Shown one piece after another: positions 1-10,173 of a stretch of 64,000 nucleotides of DNA. Position numbers and translations under genes: made by a program. Position 1 is the first letter of the stretch; each line of letters opens with the position of its first letter. The notes below the pieces were generated by a model that was not told the origin of the DNA, searched no databases, and saw only the letters and a list, made by a program, of their open reading frames with translations. The stretch covers positions 96,001 to 160,000 of the forward strand of contig CAVWCF010000001.1 in assembly GCA_963753435.1 (NCBI GenBank). Direction: 5' to 3'. The stretch is from an uncultured Actinomycetota bacterium. Its GTDB lineage: Bacteria; Actinomycetota; Actinomycetes; CAVWCF01.

Positions 1-971
1 TCAGCGCCGGCAATGTCGGAACCGCACTGCTGGACGTCGTCACGACCGGGGACGTAGACGTGGTCGCGGTGGAACTGTCGAGTTTCCAGTTGCACTACAG
101 CCAGCAGGTGGATGCCGTGGCGTCGGCTGTGCTGAACGTGAGCGACGATCACCTGGACTGGCACGGCTCGCTGGAGCAGTACGCGGCCGACAAGGGCCGA
201 ATTCATCGATCCACCAGCACCGCGGCGATCTTCAACGTGGCGGATCCGGTGACATTCGAGGTGATCGCCGACATCGGTGCCGGCTGCCGCCGGGTTGGCT
301 TCACGCTGGGCACTCCGGCTGTGGACCAGATCGGGGTCGTGGAGGACCTGATTGTCGATCGCGCCTTTGTCGACGACGCGACCGAAGCTGTGGAATTGGC
401 GCGCCTTGCCGACTTGGAATCCGCCGCTCCACACAACGTGGCCAATGCCTTGGCGGCTGCCTGCTTGGCACGCGCGTTCGGAGTGCCTGCCACCGCCGTC
501 AACGAGGGCCTGTCCGCGTTCAGGCCGCAACCGCATCGGCTCGCGCATGTGTCCACCCACCGCGGCGTCGCGTACGTGGATGACTCCAAGGCCACGAATC
601 CGCACGCGGCCCAGGCTGCGCTGTCGAGCTTCGACTCAATCGTCTGGATTGGCGGCGGTCTGGCCAAGGGAGCCAACTTCGATCAATTGGCTGCTGCGGC
701 GGGCAACCGCATCCGCTGCGCGGTCCTAATCGGCACGGACCGTGCCCTGATCGCCGACGCGTTTCGGCGACACGCGCCGCACGTCCCCCTAATCGACGTT
801 CCGGAAACTGACAATACGGTCATGGTTCGTGCTGTCACTGCCGCCGCCGCTGCGGCGAATCCCGGTGACACGGTGCTGCTGGCGCCGGCGTGCGCATCAA
901 TGGACCTGTTCACCGACTACGCCGATCGCGGCCGTGCGTTTGTTGCCGCAGTCGATCGGCTCGCCGAATGA
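1..971 (+). CDS. murD: UDP-N-acetylmuramoyl-L-alanine--D-glutamate ligase (5'-truncated by window)
   Basis: Frame open from base 3 (SAGNVG...VELSSFQL); LNVSDDHLDWHG, DDSKATN and LLAPACASMDLF motifs; upstream of ftsW. Confidence 0.96.
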   Translation, partial: SAGNVGTALLDVVTTGDVDVVAVELSSFQLHYSQQVDAVASAVLNVSDDHLDWHGSLEQYAADKGRIHRSTSTAAIFNVADPVTFEVIADIGAGCRRVGFTLGTPAVDQIGVVEDLIVDRAFVDDATEAVELARLADLESAAPHNVANALAAACLARAFGVPATAVNEGLSAFRPQPHRLAHVSTHRGVAYVDDSKATNPHAAQAALSSFDSIVWIGGGLAKGANFDQLAAAAGNRIRCAVLIGTDRALIADAFRRHAPHVPLIDVPETDNTVMVRAVTAAAAAANPGDTVLLAPACASMDLFTDYADRGRAFVAAVDRLAE

Positions 972-2149
972 GTGCAGTTCCGGCGCCGCAGCGGACCTCG
1001 GATCGCGCCCTGGCGGTGACCCGCTGGCTGCGGCACCCAGCCGCTGACCAGTACCTGATCCTGGGCTCGACCATCATGTTGCTGGTTCTGGGCCTGGTCA
1101 TGGTCCTGTCGGCATCGTCGGTTTACGCGTACACGACCGCTGGTTCGACTTTCGCGCTGTTCGCAAAGCAACTCTTGTGGGCGGGTCTGGGGCTAGGTCT
1201 CTTCTTCCTTGTGGCCCGGACACCGCTGTCCTTCTGGCGCCGCATGGCCTACCCGATGCTGGGGGTGACCCTCTTCGCCCTCGTGCTGGTACTGGTTCCC
1301 GGTGTCGGGGTTGAGGTCAACGGCAACCGGAACTGGCTGGACGTCGGCGGCCCGTTCCGCTTGCAGCCTTCGGAGGCGGTGAAGCTCGTCCTCATCGTCT
1401 GGGGTGCCAGCGTGCTGACCACCAAGCAGGCATTGCTGCACCAGTGGCGGCACCTCCTGGTGCCGGTGCTGCCGGTCGCGGCAACTGCACTGGTGCTGGT
1501 GCTCATGGGTGGGGACCTGGGAACCGCTCTGGTGATCATGGCGGTCGTCGGTGCCCTCTACTTCGTGGCCGGTGCGCCCTGGCGGCTCTTTGCGCTGCTC
1601 GGCGGCATAGCGGTTGCCGGAGTTGTGGCCCTGTCCGTAACCACTCCGTACCGGCTGGAGCGATTCACCACCTGGCTGAACCCGGAAGCGGACTACCTCG
1701 GGTCCGGTTGGCAGGCGGTGCACTCCAAGTTCGCGTTGGCCACCGGCGGCTGGTGGGGCGTCGGCCTAGGCGCCAGCCGGGAGAAGTGGGGTGGTCTCCC
1801 GGAGGCGCACACCGACTTCATCTTCGCCATCGTTGGCGAGGAACTCGGCCTGGTCGGCACGCTGACGGTCCTGCTGCTCTTCGCCGGTTTGATCCTGGCC
1901 GGCATCCGAATCGCGTTGCGGGCCACGGATCGGTTCGTCCGTCTCACCGCCGCCGGGATCACGTTCTGGGTCGCGTTCCAGGCGGTAGTGAACATCGGCG
2001 CCGTTCTCGGGGTGCTGCCGATCACCGGTGTCCCGCTGCCGCTGGTCTCCTACGGTGGCTCGGCGCTCCTGCCGACCCTGGCCGGGTTGGGGTTGCTGTT
2101 GGCACTTTCACGGCACCCGTCCGCCGACCGGGTCATTGACGTGCGGTGA
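968..2149 (+). CDS. ftsW: SEDS-family peptidoglycan polymerase FtsW
   Basis: Multi-TM protein with LQPSEAVK, LPEAHTDFIFAIVGEELG and PLVSYGGS; ATGA overlap with murD stop. Confidence 0.96.
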   Translation: MSAVPAPQRTSDRALAVTRWLRHPAADQYLILGSTIMLLVLGLVMVLSASSVYAYTTAGSTFALFAKQLLWAGLGLGLFFLVARTPLSFWRRMAYPMLGVTLFALVLVLVPGVGVEVNGNRNWLDVGGPFRLQPSEAVKLVLIVWGASVLTTKQALLHQWRHLLVPVLPVAATALVLVLMGGDLGTALVIMAVVGALYFVAGAPWRLFALLGGIAVAGVVALSVTTPYRLERFTTWLNPEADYLGSGWQAVHSKFALATGGWWGVGLGASREKWGGLPEAHTDFIFAIVGEELGLVGTLTVLLLFAGLILAGIRIALRATDRFVRLTAAGITFWVAFQAVVNIGAVLGVLPITGVPLPLVSYGGSALLPTLAGLGLLLALSRHPSADRVIDVR

Positions 2150-3237
2150 CCGAGTCCGTTGTGCTTGCCGGCGGCGGAACTGCCGGGCACGTGCTGCCGG
2201 CCCTGGCAACCGCGGCGGCACTAATCCGCAAGCATCCGCAGGTGCGATTGACCTTCCTCGGCACTGAACGTGGTCTGGAGTCGCGGTTGGTGGCTGAGGC
2301 CGGACACGATCTCGTCACCATCCCGGCCGTTCCCATGCCACGTCGCCCCAGCGGCGACCTGGTGGCAATGCCCCGGCGCTGGCGCGCCGCCGTTGGTGCA
2401 GCTCGGGAAGCGTTGGTTTCGGTGCAGGCCCAAGCAGTAGTCGGGTTCGGTGGGTACGTATCCGCGCCGGCATACGCGGCCGGCCGGGCCGAAGCCGTTC
2501 CGGTCGTGGTGCATGAGTCCAATGCGAGACCAGGTTGGGCCAACCGTCTTGGTGCCAGGTTCGCCGACGCGGTGACGACTGCGGGCCCGGACATCAGACT
2601 TCGCCGGGCCCAGCCAATTGGCATACCGCTTCGGCGCAGCATCACCACGCTGGATCGGACTGCTACCCGTGCTGAGGCCAGGCGCTACTTCGGCCTGGAA
2701 CCGAACCGGCCAACGCTGCTGGCGTTCGGCGGGTCCCAAGGTGCGCGGCGGATCAATGTCGCTGTCTCGGCCGCGGCGAGTGACTTGGTGGCCGCGGGTG
2801 CGCAAGTCCTGCATGCGGTTGGTGCCGGTGCCGCGGGCGTACCCGAGGACGCCGTCGAGATTCCCGGCTACCAGGTGCGGCCGTACTTGGAGCGCATGGA
2901 TCTTGCCTATGCGGCCGCAGATCTCGTCCTCTGTCGAGCAGGCGCCTTGACTGTCGCGGAGCTGACCGCGGTTGGGCTACCTGCGGTCTATGTGCCGCTG
3001 CCGATCGGCAACGGCGAACAGCGACTGAACGCCGAGCCCGTGGTCGCCGCCGGGGGCGGACTACTGGTGGATGATGCGGACTGCTCGGCACATTGGGTCC
3101 GCGACGTGATCGTGCCCCTGCTGCGGAACAGTTCGCGGTTGGCTGCCATGGAAGCAGCGGCCCGGAGAGCCGGTCATGCTGACGCGGACGAAAAGCTGGC
3201 CGGGATCGTGCTGGCGGCCATGGAGAAGTCGCGATGA
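2146..3237 (+). CDS. murG: Lipid II GlcNAc transferase MurG
   Basis: GGGTAGHV, GFGGYVS, GGSQGA and EQRLNA motifs. Confidence 0.97.
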   Translation: MTESVVLAGGGTAGHVLPALATAAALIRKHPQVRLTFLGTERGLESRLVAEAGHDLVTIPAVPMPRRPSGDLVAMPRRWRAAVGAAREALVSVQAQAVVGFGGYVSAPAYAAGRAEAVPVVVHESNARPGWANRLGARFADAVTTAGPDIRLRRAQPIGIPLRRSITTLDRTATRAEARRYFGLEPNRPTLLAFGGSQGARRINVAVSAAASDLVAAGAQVLHAVGAGAAGVPEDAVEIPGYQVRPYLERMDLAYAAADLVLCRAGALTVAELTAVGLPAVYVPLPIGNGEQRLNAEPVVAAGGGLLVDDADCSAHWVRDVIVPLLRNSSRLAAMEAAARRAGHADADEKLAGIVLAAMEKSR

Positions 3238-4632
3238 CCGACTTGGTGCAGCCAGTGCACTTCATCGGCATCGGGGGCGCCGGGATGTCGGCGATCGCGC
3301 GCATCCTTCTTGCCAGGGGGTATGCAGTCAGCGGCAGTGACGCCAAGGATTCGGTTGCCCTTTCCGCATTGAAGGTGCTCGGCGCCAGGACGTTCGTAGG
3401 GCACGCTGCTGAGCAGGTTCACGGCGCCGGCACGGTCGTCGTCTCGACCGCGATTGGCGACGCCAATGCCGAGGTGGTCGAGGCGGGCAGGCTCGGCCTG
3501 CCGGTCCTGCGGCGCGCCGAGGCGTTGGCGGAGACGATGGTCGGACACACCGTCGTCGCAGTCGCCGGCACCCACGGCAAGACGACGACAACGTCGATGC
3601 TGACGGTGGCGGTGCAAGCTTGCGGCGAGGATCCGTCGTTCGCCATCGGCGGGAGCCTCAATGAGTCCGGAGTGAACGCCCACAACGGCAGTGGTGATCT
3701 GTTCATCGCCGAGGCGGACGAGTCGGACGGGACCTTCCTGGTGTTCAGCCCGGACCTGGCGATCATCACGAACGTGGAGCCGGATCATCTGGACCACTAC
3801 GGCAGTCCAGCTGCCGTCGAGGACGCCTTCGCGGAGATGCTCGATCGCATCCGACCTGGAGGCACGCTGGTCGTCTCCGCTGATGACGCCGGCGCAGTTC
3901 GGATCGCCGAAAGGGCGGTTGGCCGGGAGTTCCCAACGGTGACCTTCGGCGAATCGGACGTTGCTGATCTGCGCATCGAATCACTGAACCTTGCTGCCGC
4001 TCGGCTCGGAATGGACCCCGGTGTTCCGGGGAAGGCGATTGCCCCCGCTCCGGCTACGGGTACCCGGGCGACACAACGCGCTGAATGCCGCCGCAGCTCT
4101 TGCTGCGGGCCTGGCGCTGGGGTTACCCGAGACGGGACTTCGCGAGGGCTTGAGTGCCTTCAGCGGGACCAGGCGGCGTTTTGAGCCGAAGGGCAGTGCT
4201 GCCGGAGTGCGCGTATTCGATGACTACGCCCATCACCCGACCGAGGTTGCCGCGACCCTGGCCGCCGCGCGGCGTGCTGCCGGCGACGGCCGCGTGGTGG
4301 CGGTGTTTCAGCCGCATCGATTCAGCCGAACTGCTGCCTTTCGCACCGGCTTTGCCGAGTCCCTGGCCGCCGCTGATGAGGTAGTGGTCATGGAGGTGTA
4401 TGCGGCTGGGGAGGACGCCGTCCCCGGGGCTTCCGGTGCAGCGGTCGCTGCCGAGGTGCCGCTACCCCCGGACCGGGTGGTCTTCGAGCCATCTTGGTCG
4501 GCGGTGCCGGCCGTGGTCGCTGCTCGCTGCCGGCCGGGGGACTTGGTGCTGACCATGGGTGCCGGCGACGTGACGATGATCGGGCCGGAGATCCTCCGGC
4601 TCCTCGCCGATTCGGCGGCTGATGACTCATGA
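3234..4632 (+). CDS. murC: UDP-N-acetylmuramate--L-alanine ligase, split by +1 frameshift near 3988-3992 (probable sequencing error)
   Basis: ORF 3234-4184 has HFIGIGGAGMS, GTHGKTTT and EADESDG; ORF 3991-4632 has PGRHNALN, DDYAHHPTE and FQPHRFSRT. Confidence 0.93.
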
Positions 4633-5324
4633 CAGCAACTCTTGCCCGCTCGAAGCAGCCCGTTCGTCGTCGGCGCGCGGTGTGGCTGCTGGGCGCGTTG
4701 ACAATCGTCAGCTTGTTCGTCATCGCTGCCTTCACGCCGGTCCTGGGCGTCCGCCAAGTTGAGGTGACCGGAACCAAGGCGGTTGCCGTCGATGAGATTG
4801 AGCGCGCTGCCGCGGTGACTACGGGAACGCCGATGCTCCGCGTGGACGTCGGCGGTGCCACTGACCGGGTCGAGGAGTTGAGTCAGGTTCGTGCGGCAAC
4901 CGTGGTCCGGGACTGGCCCTGGACGGTTCGCATCGACGTCACCGAGCGAACGGTGGCAGCAGTGATGGCGTCTGGTGATCAGTGGCGGGCCTTCGACGTC
5001 GACGGCGTCGAGTTCGCGCGCATCACCGACGCCGCGGACTCGGTGCCCCGGCTGGACCCGGGTCGGCAGGGGGCCTCGGCGCGCACGGTTGCGGCGATGC
5101 TGGAGTTGTTCGCGGCCATGCCGCCCCCGGCGCAAGCCGAAGTGCAACGGCTGAACCCAGTCAGCGAGAACGACCTGCGCATGCTGATCGCCGGTGCGGA
5201 GGTTCGCTTCGGCTCGAATACCGACGCGGGGGAGAAGGTCCGAGTGCTGGCCGCCCTGCGCCAGGCCGCGCCCGGGGCCGCGGTCTATGACGTCAGCGCT
5301 CCGGACGCTCCCGCTGCGCGCTGA
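4629..5324 (+). CDS. ftsQ: Cell division protein FtsQ/DivIB
   Basis: Basic N-terminus, single TM, POTRA-like segment (RDWPWTVRIDVTER), YDVSAPDAP end; lies between murC and ftsZ. Confidence 0.9.
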   Translation: MTATLARSKQPVRRRRAVWLLGALTIVSLFVIAAFTPVLGVRQVEVTGTKAVAVDEIERAAAVTTGTPMLRVDVGGATDRVEELSQVRAATVVRDWPWTVRIDVTERTVAAVMASGDQWRAFDVDGVEFARITDAADSVPRLDPGRQGASARTVAAMLELFAAMPPPAQAEVQRLNPVSENDLRMLIAGAEVRFGSNTDAGEKVRVLAALRQAAPGAAVYDVSAPDAPAAR

Positions 5325-5353
5325 CTGCTGACTCGGGTAGTGGCCGCATCACA

Positions 5354-5457
5354 CCTAACTCTCAAGTAGCGCCTTGCGTCCGTCGCGCGACGTGCCCTAC
5401 CGTGCGACCCGATCGGTGCTTGACAACACCCTAATTCTCAAGTAGAGGGTCAGGGTT
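5354..5457 (+). promoter_or_regulatory. ftsZ promoter region: TTGACA followed by an imperfect palindrome resembling the FtsR (MerR-type) site, plus an upstream partial copy
   Basis: CCTAAYTCTCAAGTAG at 5354-5369 and 5430-5445; TTGACA 5420-5425; ACCCT (5428-5432) ... AGGGT (5452-5456) inverted arms. Confidence 0.65.
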
Positions 5458-5540
5458 CTGGAAGCGCCGTTCCTTCCCCCGCCCGGCCCAGGCGAGCGCC
5501 TGGGCCGGTAGCCGTAGTCAGCTCCAGGAGAGGAACGTCC

Positions 5541-6690
5541 ATGGCCACCCCCACCAACTACGTCGCAGTCATCAAGGTCGTCGGAATCGGCGGCGGCGGA
5601 GTCAACGCCGTGAACCGGATGATCGAGGCGGGCTTGAAGGGCGTGGAGTTCGTCGCCATCAATACCGATGCGCAGGCGCTGCTGCTGTCCGACGCGAACG
5701 TCAAGTTGGACATCGGTCGGGAACTGACGCGCGGCCTGGGGGCCGGGGCCGACCCGGAGGTGGGTCGGCGTGCATCCGAAGACCACCGCACCGAGATCGA
5801 AGAGGTGCTCAAGGGCGCCGACATGGTCTTCGTGACGGCCGGCGAAGGCGGCGGTACTGGAACCGGTGGGGCGCCGATCGTTGCGGAGATCGCCCGCTCG
5901 CTTGGGGGCGCTCACGGTCGGTGTCGTGACCCGCCCGTTCAGCTTTGAGGGACGCCGGCGCGGCCAGACCGCCGAGCAGGGGATCGCGGAGTTGTCGGAC
6001 AGGGTGGACACCCTCATCGTCATTCCGAACGACCGCCTGCTGAGCATCAGCGATCGACAGGTCTCCGCGCTGGACGCCTTCCGAAGTGCTGACGAGGTGC
6101 TGCGCAGCGGCGTTCAGGGCATCACCGATCTGATCACCGTCCCCGGGCTGATCAACCTGGACTTCGCCGACGTCAAGTCGGTCATGGCCGGTGCTGGCGG
6201 CGCCCTGATGGGAATCGGCTCGGCGACTGGCGAGGACCGAGCGGTCGAAGCGGCAACACGGGCGATCTCCTCTCCGTTGCTGGAGGCCAGCATCGAGGGT
6301 GCGCACGCCGTGTTGCTGAGCGTTTCCGGTGGGTCCGATCTGGGTCTGCACGAACTGCACGAGGCCGCTCGCCTCATCACCGACGCGGTGAACGAGGACG
6401 CGAACGTCATCTTCGGATCGACAATTGACGACGCGCTAGGAGATGAGGTGCGGGTCACGGTCATCGCCGCTGGTTTCGACGGGGGCGCACCGACACCGCT
6501 GGCCGAGTCGCAGTTGGTCCGCCCGGAGCCGGCGGCCAAGGCCGTCGAGCCGGAGATCGACGTGACGAAGGCGGAGTCGCCGGAGGAGGCGCTGGTCCCG
6601 GAGCCGGCCGGCCCGGCTCGACCGAAGAAGAAGGTGCTGTTCGATGACCTCAGCGGCGACGACTTGGACGTGCCCGACTTCCTGAAGTGA
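5541..6690 (+). CDS. ftsZ: Cell division protein FtsZ, +1 frameshift in G run 5904-5908 (probable sequencing error)
   Basis: [17 protein letters not shown] and GGGTGTG in the first frame; [16 protein letters not shown] and C-terminal LDVPDFLK in the second; removing one G joins them. Confidence 0.96.
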
Positions 6691-6697
6691 CCTGCAG

Positions 6698-7420
6698 ATG
6701 CTCGATCGCGTTGACTTGGGCGCGGGGATCGTCGCCGGCTTCACTAGCAGGGTCGGTGGCTTCTCTTCAGGGGCCTTCGACAGTCTGAACCTCGCCGAGC
6801 ACGTCGGCGATGAGTTGGCTGCGGTGCAGGCGAACCGGAACCGTTTGGCAGACCTCATTGGCCTGCCGCTGCGCTTGATGCGCCAGGTCCACGGCCGTGA
6901 CGTCCATGTGGTCGATGACACCTGGAGTGACGACGAGGCCGCCCCGGCCGCCGATGCGCTGGTGACCGCGAAGCGCGGTCTTGGCCTTTCAGTACTGGTT
7001 GCCGACTGTGTGCCGGTGTTGCTCAGCGACCCCGAGGTAGGTGTCGTAGCGGCGGTCCACGCCGGGCGCCGTGGCGTCGTCGCCGATGTCGTGGGTGCTG
7101 CAGTGGTGGCGATGCAGGGTCTGGGCGCGGAGCCGGTGCGGATGCGGGCCGCGCTGGGCCCGGCTATCTGTCCCGCCTGCTACCCGGTGGGCGCGGAAGT
7201 CCAGGCCGAGTTGGTTGAGGTCGCACCCGAAGCGGCCGCCGTGGCTGCGGACGGATCGCCGGCGGTGGACCTGCGACTTGCGATCGCCGTGCGCCTTGCC
7301 CGGCTCGGTATCCAGGTGACGGTCAGCGATGTCTGCACAGCCGAGTCGCCTCGGCACTTCTCCTACCGCCGCGACCGGCGTACCGGACGAACTGCCGGCG
7401 TGATCGGCCTGCAGCGGTGA
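6698..7420 (+). CDS. pgeF: PgeF/YfiH family peptidoglycan editing factor / purine nucleoside phosphorylase
   Basis: SLNLAEHVGD, QVHG, ADCVPVLL, HAGRRG and FSYRR motifs. Confidence 0.93.
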   Translation: MLDRVDLGAGIVAGFTSRVGGFSSGAFDSLNLAEHVGDELAAVQANRNRLADLIGLPLRLMRQVHGRDVHVVDDTWSDDEAAPAADALVTAKRGLGLSVLVADCVPVLLSDPEVGVVAAVHAGRRGVVADVVGAAVVAMQGLGAEPVRMRAALGPAICPACYPVGAEVQAELVEVAPEAAAVAADGSPAVDLRLAIAVRLARLGIQVTVSDVCTAESPRHFSYRRDRRTGRTAGVIGLQR

Positions 7421-8151
7421 CGGACTCCGACCGGGAGGGGCGGGCTCGCCGTGACTTCGGCCGCGCCGAAATGGTCGCGGCAAACCTGGAGACGGTGCGG
7501 CAGCGGATCAGGGCAGCGGCCACCGACTGCGGGCGGTCCCCGGACGACATCACGCTGGTGGTGGTCACCAAGACCTATCCGGGCGACGACGTGAAGTTGT
7601 TGGCGGATCTCGGCGTGACCGACGTGGGGGAGAACCGCCTCAGTGAGCTACTGGACAAGGGCCCGATCGCACACGACCTCGGCCTTCGGGTTCACGCGGT
7701 CGGCCGGATCCAGTCGAACAAGGCCGCTCGATTCGCGCGAGCAGCCGACGTAATCCACTCCTTAGACCGCATCGAGTTGGCTGCTCGGCTGGATCAAGGC
7801 CGGCGGCAGGCCGGACTCGAACCGGTGCCAGTGCTGTTGCAGGTGAGCCTGGACGGGGACCCGGATCGGGGCGGTGCGTTGCCGGACTCAATCGTCCCGC
7901 TGGCGCAAGCGGTCGCGGTTGCGCCAGGGCTGGTGCTGTCCGGCGTGATGGCGGTGGCACCGCTCGGGGCTGATCCCGATGCTGCCTTCGCCCAGTTGGC
8001 CGCGGCTGCGGCGACGGTCCGGGAGGTTCGGCCGGCGGCGACCTGGATCTCCGCGGGCATGTCCGGTGACCTAGAGGCGGCCATCCGCCACGGCGCGACA
8101 CACGTGCGCATCGGTGCGGCGGTGCTCGGGAGTCGGTCCCCGGTGCGTTAG
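7417..8151 (+). CDS. yggS: YggS family PLP homeostasis protein
   Basis: VVVTKT, GENR, IQSNKA and [12 protein letters not shown]...GATHVRIG motifs. Confidence 0.94.
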   Translation: MTDSDREGRARRDFGRAEMVAANLETVRQRIRAAATDCGRSPDDITLVVVTKTYPGDDVKLLADLGVTDVGENRLSELLDKGPIAHDLGLRVHAVGRIQSNKAARFARAADVIHSLDRIELAARLDQGRRQAGLEPVPVLLQVSLDGDPDRGGALPDSIVPLAQAVAVAPGLVLSGVMAVAPLGADPDAAFAQLAAAAATVREVRPAATWISAGMSGDLEAAIRHGATHVRIGAAVLGSRSPVR

Positions 8152-8204
8152 GTTTCGCTCGTCCGTGCACCGTGCGGGTCCCAGGCCCGGAACCGGAGGT
8201 CACC

Positions 8205-8726
8205 ATGGCCGGTGGAATGCGCAAGATGGCCGTCATGCTCGGCCTGGTCGAGGATGACCAGGACCGATACGCCGACGGCTACGCCGAGTACGACGACGAG
8301 CCCTACCAGGCACCCAGGTCTCGGCCGGCGTCGGCAACGCCCGCGCCGTCGGCTCCGGTCGCCGCTGCCACTACTGGCGCCGCCGCCCGGCAGTTGCACT
8401 CGATTGCGGTTGAGCACGACGACCCGACTCCCGGGTCCATCGGTGATCTCAACCGGATCACCACCCTGCACCCGCGCACTTACAACGATGCCCGGGCCGT
8501 CGGCGAGGCGTTCCGTGAAGGTTCGCCGGTCATCATGAACCTGACCGACATGGAGGACTCCGACGCCAAGCGGCTAGTGGATTTCTCCGCCGGCCTGGTG
8601 TTCGGGCTGCGTGGCACCATCGAGCGGGTCACCAACAAGGTCTTCCTGCTCTCACCGGCCGACGTGACCGTCACTGCAGAGGATCGAGCCCGGATCGTTG
8701 AGGGTGGCTTCTTCAATCAGAGTTGA
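8205..8726 (+). CDS. sepF: Cell division protein SepF
   Basis: GGAGG RBS before ATG 8205; [11 protein letters not shown]-terminus; [17 protein letters not shown] and FFNQS end. Confidence 0.95.
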   Translation: MAGGMRKMAVMLGLVEDDQDRYADGYAEYDDEPYQAPRSRPASATPAPSAPVAAATTGAAARQLHSIAVEHDDPTPGSIGDLNRITTLHPRTYNDARAVGEAFREGSPVIMNLTDMEDSDAKRLVDFSAGLVFGLRGTIERVTNKVFLLSPADVTVTAEDRARIVEGGFFNQS

Positions 8727-8830
8727 GCCCGGCCGGTTGACCTCCACACAGCCCCGACGCTCAACAGCCGCAATGGCACCGTGCCCCGTAGACGCAATGC
8801 ATCGTGAACCCAAGTGCGTAGTTGGTTGCC

Positions 8831-9118
8831 ATGACGATCGCTGGTGACATTCTCGCCACCGTTGGGTGGATCTACCTGCTGATCCTGCTGTTTCGGCTGG
8901 TCATGGAGTACGTCTTCGTCTTCGCCCGATCGTTCCAGCCGAAGGGCTTGCTGCTGATCGCGACCGAGCTCGCCTACACCGTCACCGACCCGCCACTGAA
9001 GGCGCTGCGGCGGATCATCCCGCCGCTGCGAATCGGTGGGGTTTCCCTCGACCTTGCCTTCCTCGTGCTGTTCATCCTGGTTCAGATCGTCATCAGCGTC
9101 ATCGCGCCGCGAATCTGA
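8831..9118 (+). CDS. yggT: YggT/SepG family membrane protein
   Basis: YTVTDPPLKALRRIIPPLRIGGVSLDLAF motif; between sepF and divIVA. Confidence 0.92.
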   Translation: MTIAGDILATVGWIYLLILLFRLVMEYVFVFARSFQPKGLLLIATELAYTVTDPPLKALRRIIPPLRIGGVSLDLAFLVLFILVQIVISVIAPRI

Positions 9119-9231
9119 TTCAGCGCCGCCAGCCGCAACAGGGTGCCAGCCCTCGCCCCATCCAAGTCGCTGCGGCGGTACTGTCTGCGCGACCGACACC
9201 AGCCAGGGGCTTCAGCAAGGGGATCTGTCGC

Positions 9232-10056
9232 ATGCCGCTCACACCGGACGACGTTCGCAATAAGCAGTTCACGGTAGCCGGCTTCCGCAAGGGCGGATAT
9301 GCCGAGGAGGAGGTCGACGCCTTCCTCGACGAGGTAGAGGCCGAACTTTCGCGACTGCTTGGGGAGAACGAGGAACTTCGCACGCGCATGGCCGCGCTGC
9401 AGCAGCAGGCAGCCGCCGGTGCGGCCGCAGCCGGCGCCGTAGCCGCCCAGCCGCCGCAGCCGCTGCCCGTCGCCCAGCCCCAGGCTCCGGCCGTACCGGG
9501 TGCGGACGTGGTTGGCATCCTCGAGATGGCCCAGCGAACTGCGAACGAGACCGTGATGCAGGCGCGCAGCGAGGCGCAGCGGATCATGGCCAGCGCCCAG
9601 GAGTCACACCGCGCGGCAATGGGGAACCTCGAGGGCGAGCGCATGGCGCTGCAAACCCGGGTTGACGACCTGCGCAACTTCGAGCGCGAGTACCGGGCTC
9701 GCCTCAAGGCCTACTTCGAGGCGCAACTTCGTGAACTGGGCAGCCGCGGCGACGCACCCCCGGCCGTGATGGCAGCCGAATCCCCGGCTCTGGCGCCGGG
9801 CAGCCCCGCGGCCCCGATGCCACCCACACCGGCGCCCCCGGCCCCGCAGCCTCCGCAGCAGCAGCCCCAGCAGCAGCCACAGCAACCTCCGCAGCAGCAG
9901 GCCCCGCAGCAGCCGACGCCACAGCCACAGCCGCCGCAGGCGCCGCCGAACCCGCAGCCGCGTCCGTCAGGGCCGTTCTCGGCAGCGCCGCCGCCGATGC
10001 CGCCGGCCAGTACGCCCACGGTCCCTGGCTTCGCCAACGACCCGGACCGCTCCTGA
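9232..10056 (+). CDS. divIVA: DivIVA/Wag31 polar growth protein with Pro/Gln-rich tail
   Basis: MPLTPDDVRNKQF...GYAEEEVDAFLDEV N-domain; LRNFEREYRARLKAYFE coiled coil. Confidence 0.94.
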   Translation: MPLTPDDVRNKQFTVAGFRKGGYAEEEVDAFLDEVEAELSRLLGENEELRTRMAALQQQAAAGAAAAGAVAAQPPQPLPVAQPQAPAVPGADVVGILEMAQRTANETVMQARSEAQRIMASAQESHRAAMGNLEGERMALQTRVDDLRNFEREYRARLKAYFEAQLRELGSRGDAPPAVMAAESPALAPGSPAAPMPPTPAPPAPQPPQQQPQQQPQQPPQQQAPQQPTPQPQPPQAPPNPQPRPSGPFSAAPPPMPPASTPTVPGFANDPDRS

Positions 10057-10101
10057 GGTTGGCCTGGGCGGCTGCCCCGAGAGCCGCCACACCAGTTCGC
10101 T

Positions 10102-10149
10102 AGAGACAGCAGACGGCGGGCCCGCGATTGCGGGCCCGCCGTTGTCTCT
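10102..10149. terminator. GC-rich hairpin between convergent genes, likely bidirectional terminator
   Basis: ACGGCGGGCCCGC-GATT-GCGGGCCCGCCGT stem, extended by AGAGACA/TGTCTCT. Confidence 0.8.
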
Positions 10150-10173
10150 TCGGAGGAGAGGGTTGCTGGTGTT

